Of a stretch of DNA of 64,000 nt, positions 62,421 to 64,000 are shown in pieces; the stretch's first letter is position 1; each line of letters opens with the position of its first letter. The notes beneath the pieces are model-generated. The model searched no databases, was not told where the DNA came from, and saw nothing but the letters and a program-made list of their open reading frames with translations. The stretch covers positions 14,622,460 to 14,686,459 of the forward strand of contig MU054908.1 of assembly GCA_013239625.1 (NCBI GenBank). Reading direction: 5' to 3'. Source of the stretch: Lama guanicoe (lineage: Eukaryota). The position numbers were made by a program, and so were the translations under genes.

Positions 62421-62467
62421 TTCCATCCCATTACATTTGTTTTATGGTTCCCAGTGGACTTAAGGTA

Positions 62468-62809
62468 TGTTAAAAAGTAAACTGAGACATATTTTTAATA
62501 ATCTTGAGTAAAAATCAGTTTGGGTTGGGCAGTGCCAAACCAGAAGTGGTTAGGAGTGCCCCATCACCCACCTCTAGGGGAGGGGGCAAGACTTGTATAG
62601 AGAGGAGGAGGAAGTGAAGCAAGGAAATTACCTGATTGGCTGTAGCTTACATGGGTGCCTTATTTGGAAAGCCTGATTGGCTGTGATTGTCCTCAGGGTT
62701 TGATTTCTTAACCTTAAGGCATTTACAGCCCTAGGTTATGGTTTGTTTACATAGGCTTCTAAGGTATTAGAATCACCTCAGTCTAATGGCCTCCTTGCTT
62801 AATTGAGCA
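62468..62809 (-). mobile_element. ERV1-class solo LTR
   Basis: TG...CA termini, possible 4-bp TSD GGTA/GGTG, two reverse CCAAT boxes (TGATTGGCT). Confidence 0.7.
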
Positions 62810-62859
62810 GGTGTAGGAGTCAGATTAATTGTAAATATATTCCTGGATCTATGTATAAC

Positions 62860-63660
62860 TCACTTTTATATATTTATATTTGCTTGCTTACTGATAATAT
62901 ATAAACACCTGTAAAGCAAACACCCAACTTAGGAATTTGGAAATTAACAATCACTTACAGTTGGGTGCTCTTTCCTCCTGTTTATCATTCTCTTGCTTTA
63001 AAAAAGTTTTACTGCACATGTATGCATTCCTAAACAATATATTATTGAGTTTTACTTGTTTTTGAGTCTTGTACAGAGTATTATGTTGGTTTGTGTCTTC
63101 TGGAACTTCCTTTTTTCCTCTCAGCAGTATTTTTCAGATTCATCTATGTTGTGAACACCTGTAGTGCCTTAGTTTTCAATGCAATATAGTAATTCACTGT
63201 GAAAACACTAATTATCCATTCTCCTATTGGTGACTATTATTTTATTGCTGTTACAAGCAACTATATGAATCCAGCTCTTGAGCACATGTGCTTGAGTTTC
63301 TTTAAGGCTTATCTACCCAGAAGTGGAATTAAATTATCAAATTGAAAGGTATACACATCATCACCCTTGTTAGATGTTGCCAGATCACTTCCCAAAGAGC
63401 TGTCCCACCAGAATATAAGTTACCTTTTTCTTGCAGCTTTGCCAACTCCTGGATGAGAAAAAAAAAATTCTGTTGCATAGGTATGGAATTGCTTTTTATT
63501 TGCATTTTGCTAATTACTGAGGTTGAGTATCTTTTCATTTGTATATTGTCCTCTCTTGGTTTTCCTACTTTGATCTGCTATTCATAGCTTTGCACATTTT
63601 TCTTTTGGAACATCAGCCTTTTTTCGTTATTGGTTTGGAGGAATTGCTTTTAAGTTCTAG
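62860..63660 (-). mobile_element. Old L1 (L1ME-like) ORF2 end and 3' UTR
   Basis: Minus-strand ORF MKRYSTSVISKMQIK resembles L1 ORF2 MKRCSTSLIIREMQIK; CCCAGAAGTGGAATT. Confidence 0.75.
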
Positions 63661-63661
63661 G

Positions 63662-63949
63662 TGCTGTGGACCTAAAACACATAGACTGCCAGATATTTCT
63701 CCAGCTTTATTGCAGAGAATTGCAATTCAGGGTCCTCAGCCATGGCAAGCCACGTGTAAGTCTTGCAGAGCAAGGAAAGGAGAGCTCTTTTATAGCGAGG
63801 AAAAGGAATCCGGGGAGGCTCTGGTAAACAGAGCCCATGGCTTTTCATTGGCTGAGTCCTTGCCAGGGAAGGAGTCTTTCTTTTGGGCTCTGTTATGTCA
63901 CAGGGTGCGAGAGCTCCCTCTTCTGGCCTCCCAACTCTATTTAATTGCA
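63662..63949 (-). mobile_element. LTR (ERV1-like) inserted in the L1
   Basis: TG...CA termini with reverse-strand AATAAA (TTTATT), TATAAAA (TTTTATA) and CCAAT (ATTGG) in LTR order. Confidence 0.6.
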
Positions 63950-64000
63950 TTTCTGTTTATTAATTTAAGTGTGAATCCTTTATTTGAATTTTAGCTTGCA

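Noticed and set aside
63539-63994. 151-aa ORF
   Set aside because: Spans L1 and LTR remnants; not a gene.
1-64000. CRISPR arrays, prokaryotic operons, foreign inserts or intact transposase/RT ORFs
   Set aside because: No regularly spaced repeats or long coding ORFs; composition is ordinary mammalian DNA, and ORFs containing X are gap artefacts.

Overview
Mammalian nuclear DNA, most likely camelid: it carries five tRNA-Ala(AGC)-derived SINEs of the vic-1 type and cetartiodactyl-type L1 3' ends. It is a draft assembly with five N-gaps of about 130-200 bp. The first ~47.8 kb is repeat-rich intergenic sequence (L1, L2, MIR, MaLR/ERV LTRs, hAT-Charlie and Tigger elements). It holds a 3'-truncated RPL11 processed pseudogene (8927-9207) and a short orphan poly(A) retro-insertion with a perfect 16-bp TSD (21444-21597). 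A CpG-island promoter at ~47.9-48.7 kb has an ATG-less first exon ending at a plus-strand donor (48323). The rest of the window is probably intronic sequence of this gene, which I could not identify; it includes a candidate 38-nt 5'UTR exon with a short uORF. No intact protein-coding exon is recognisable. I found no convincing new biological system; the best leads are retrotransposition oddities, a probable small inversion and candidate regulatory elements. Repeat names come from recalled consensus sequences and boundaries are approximate.
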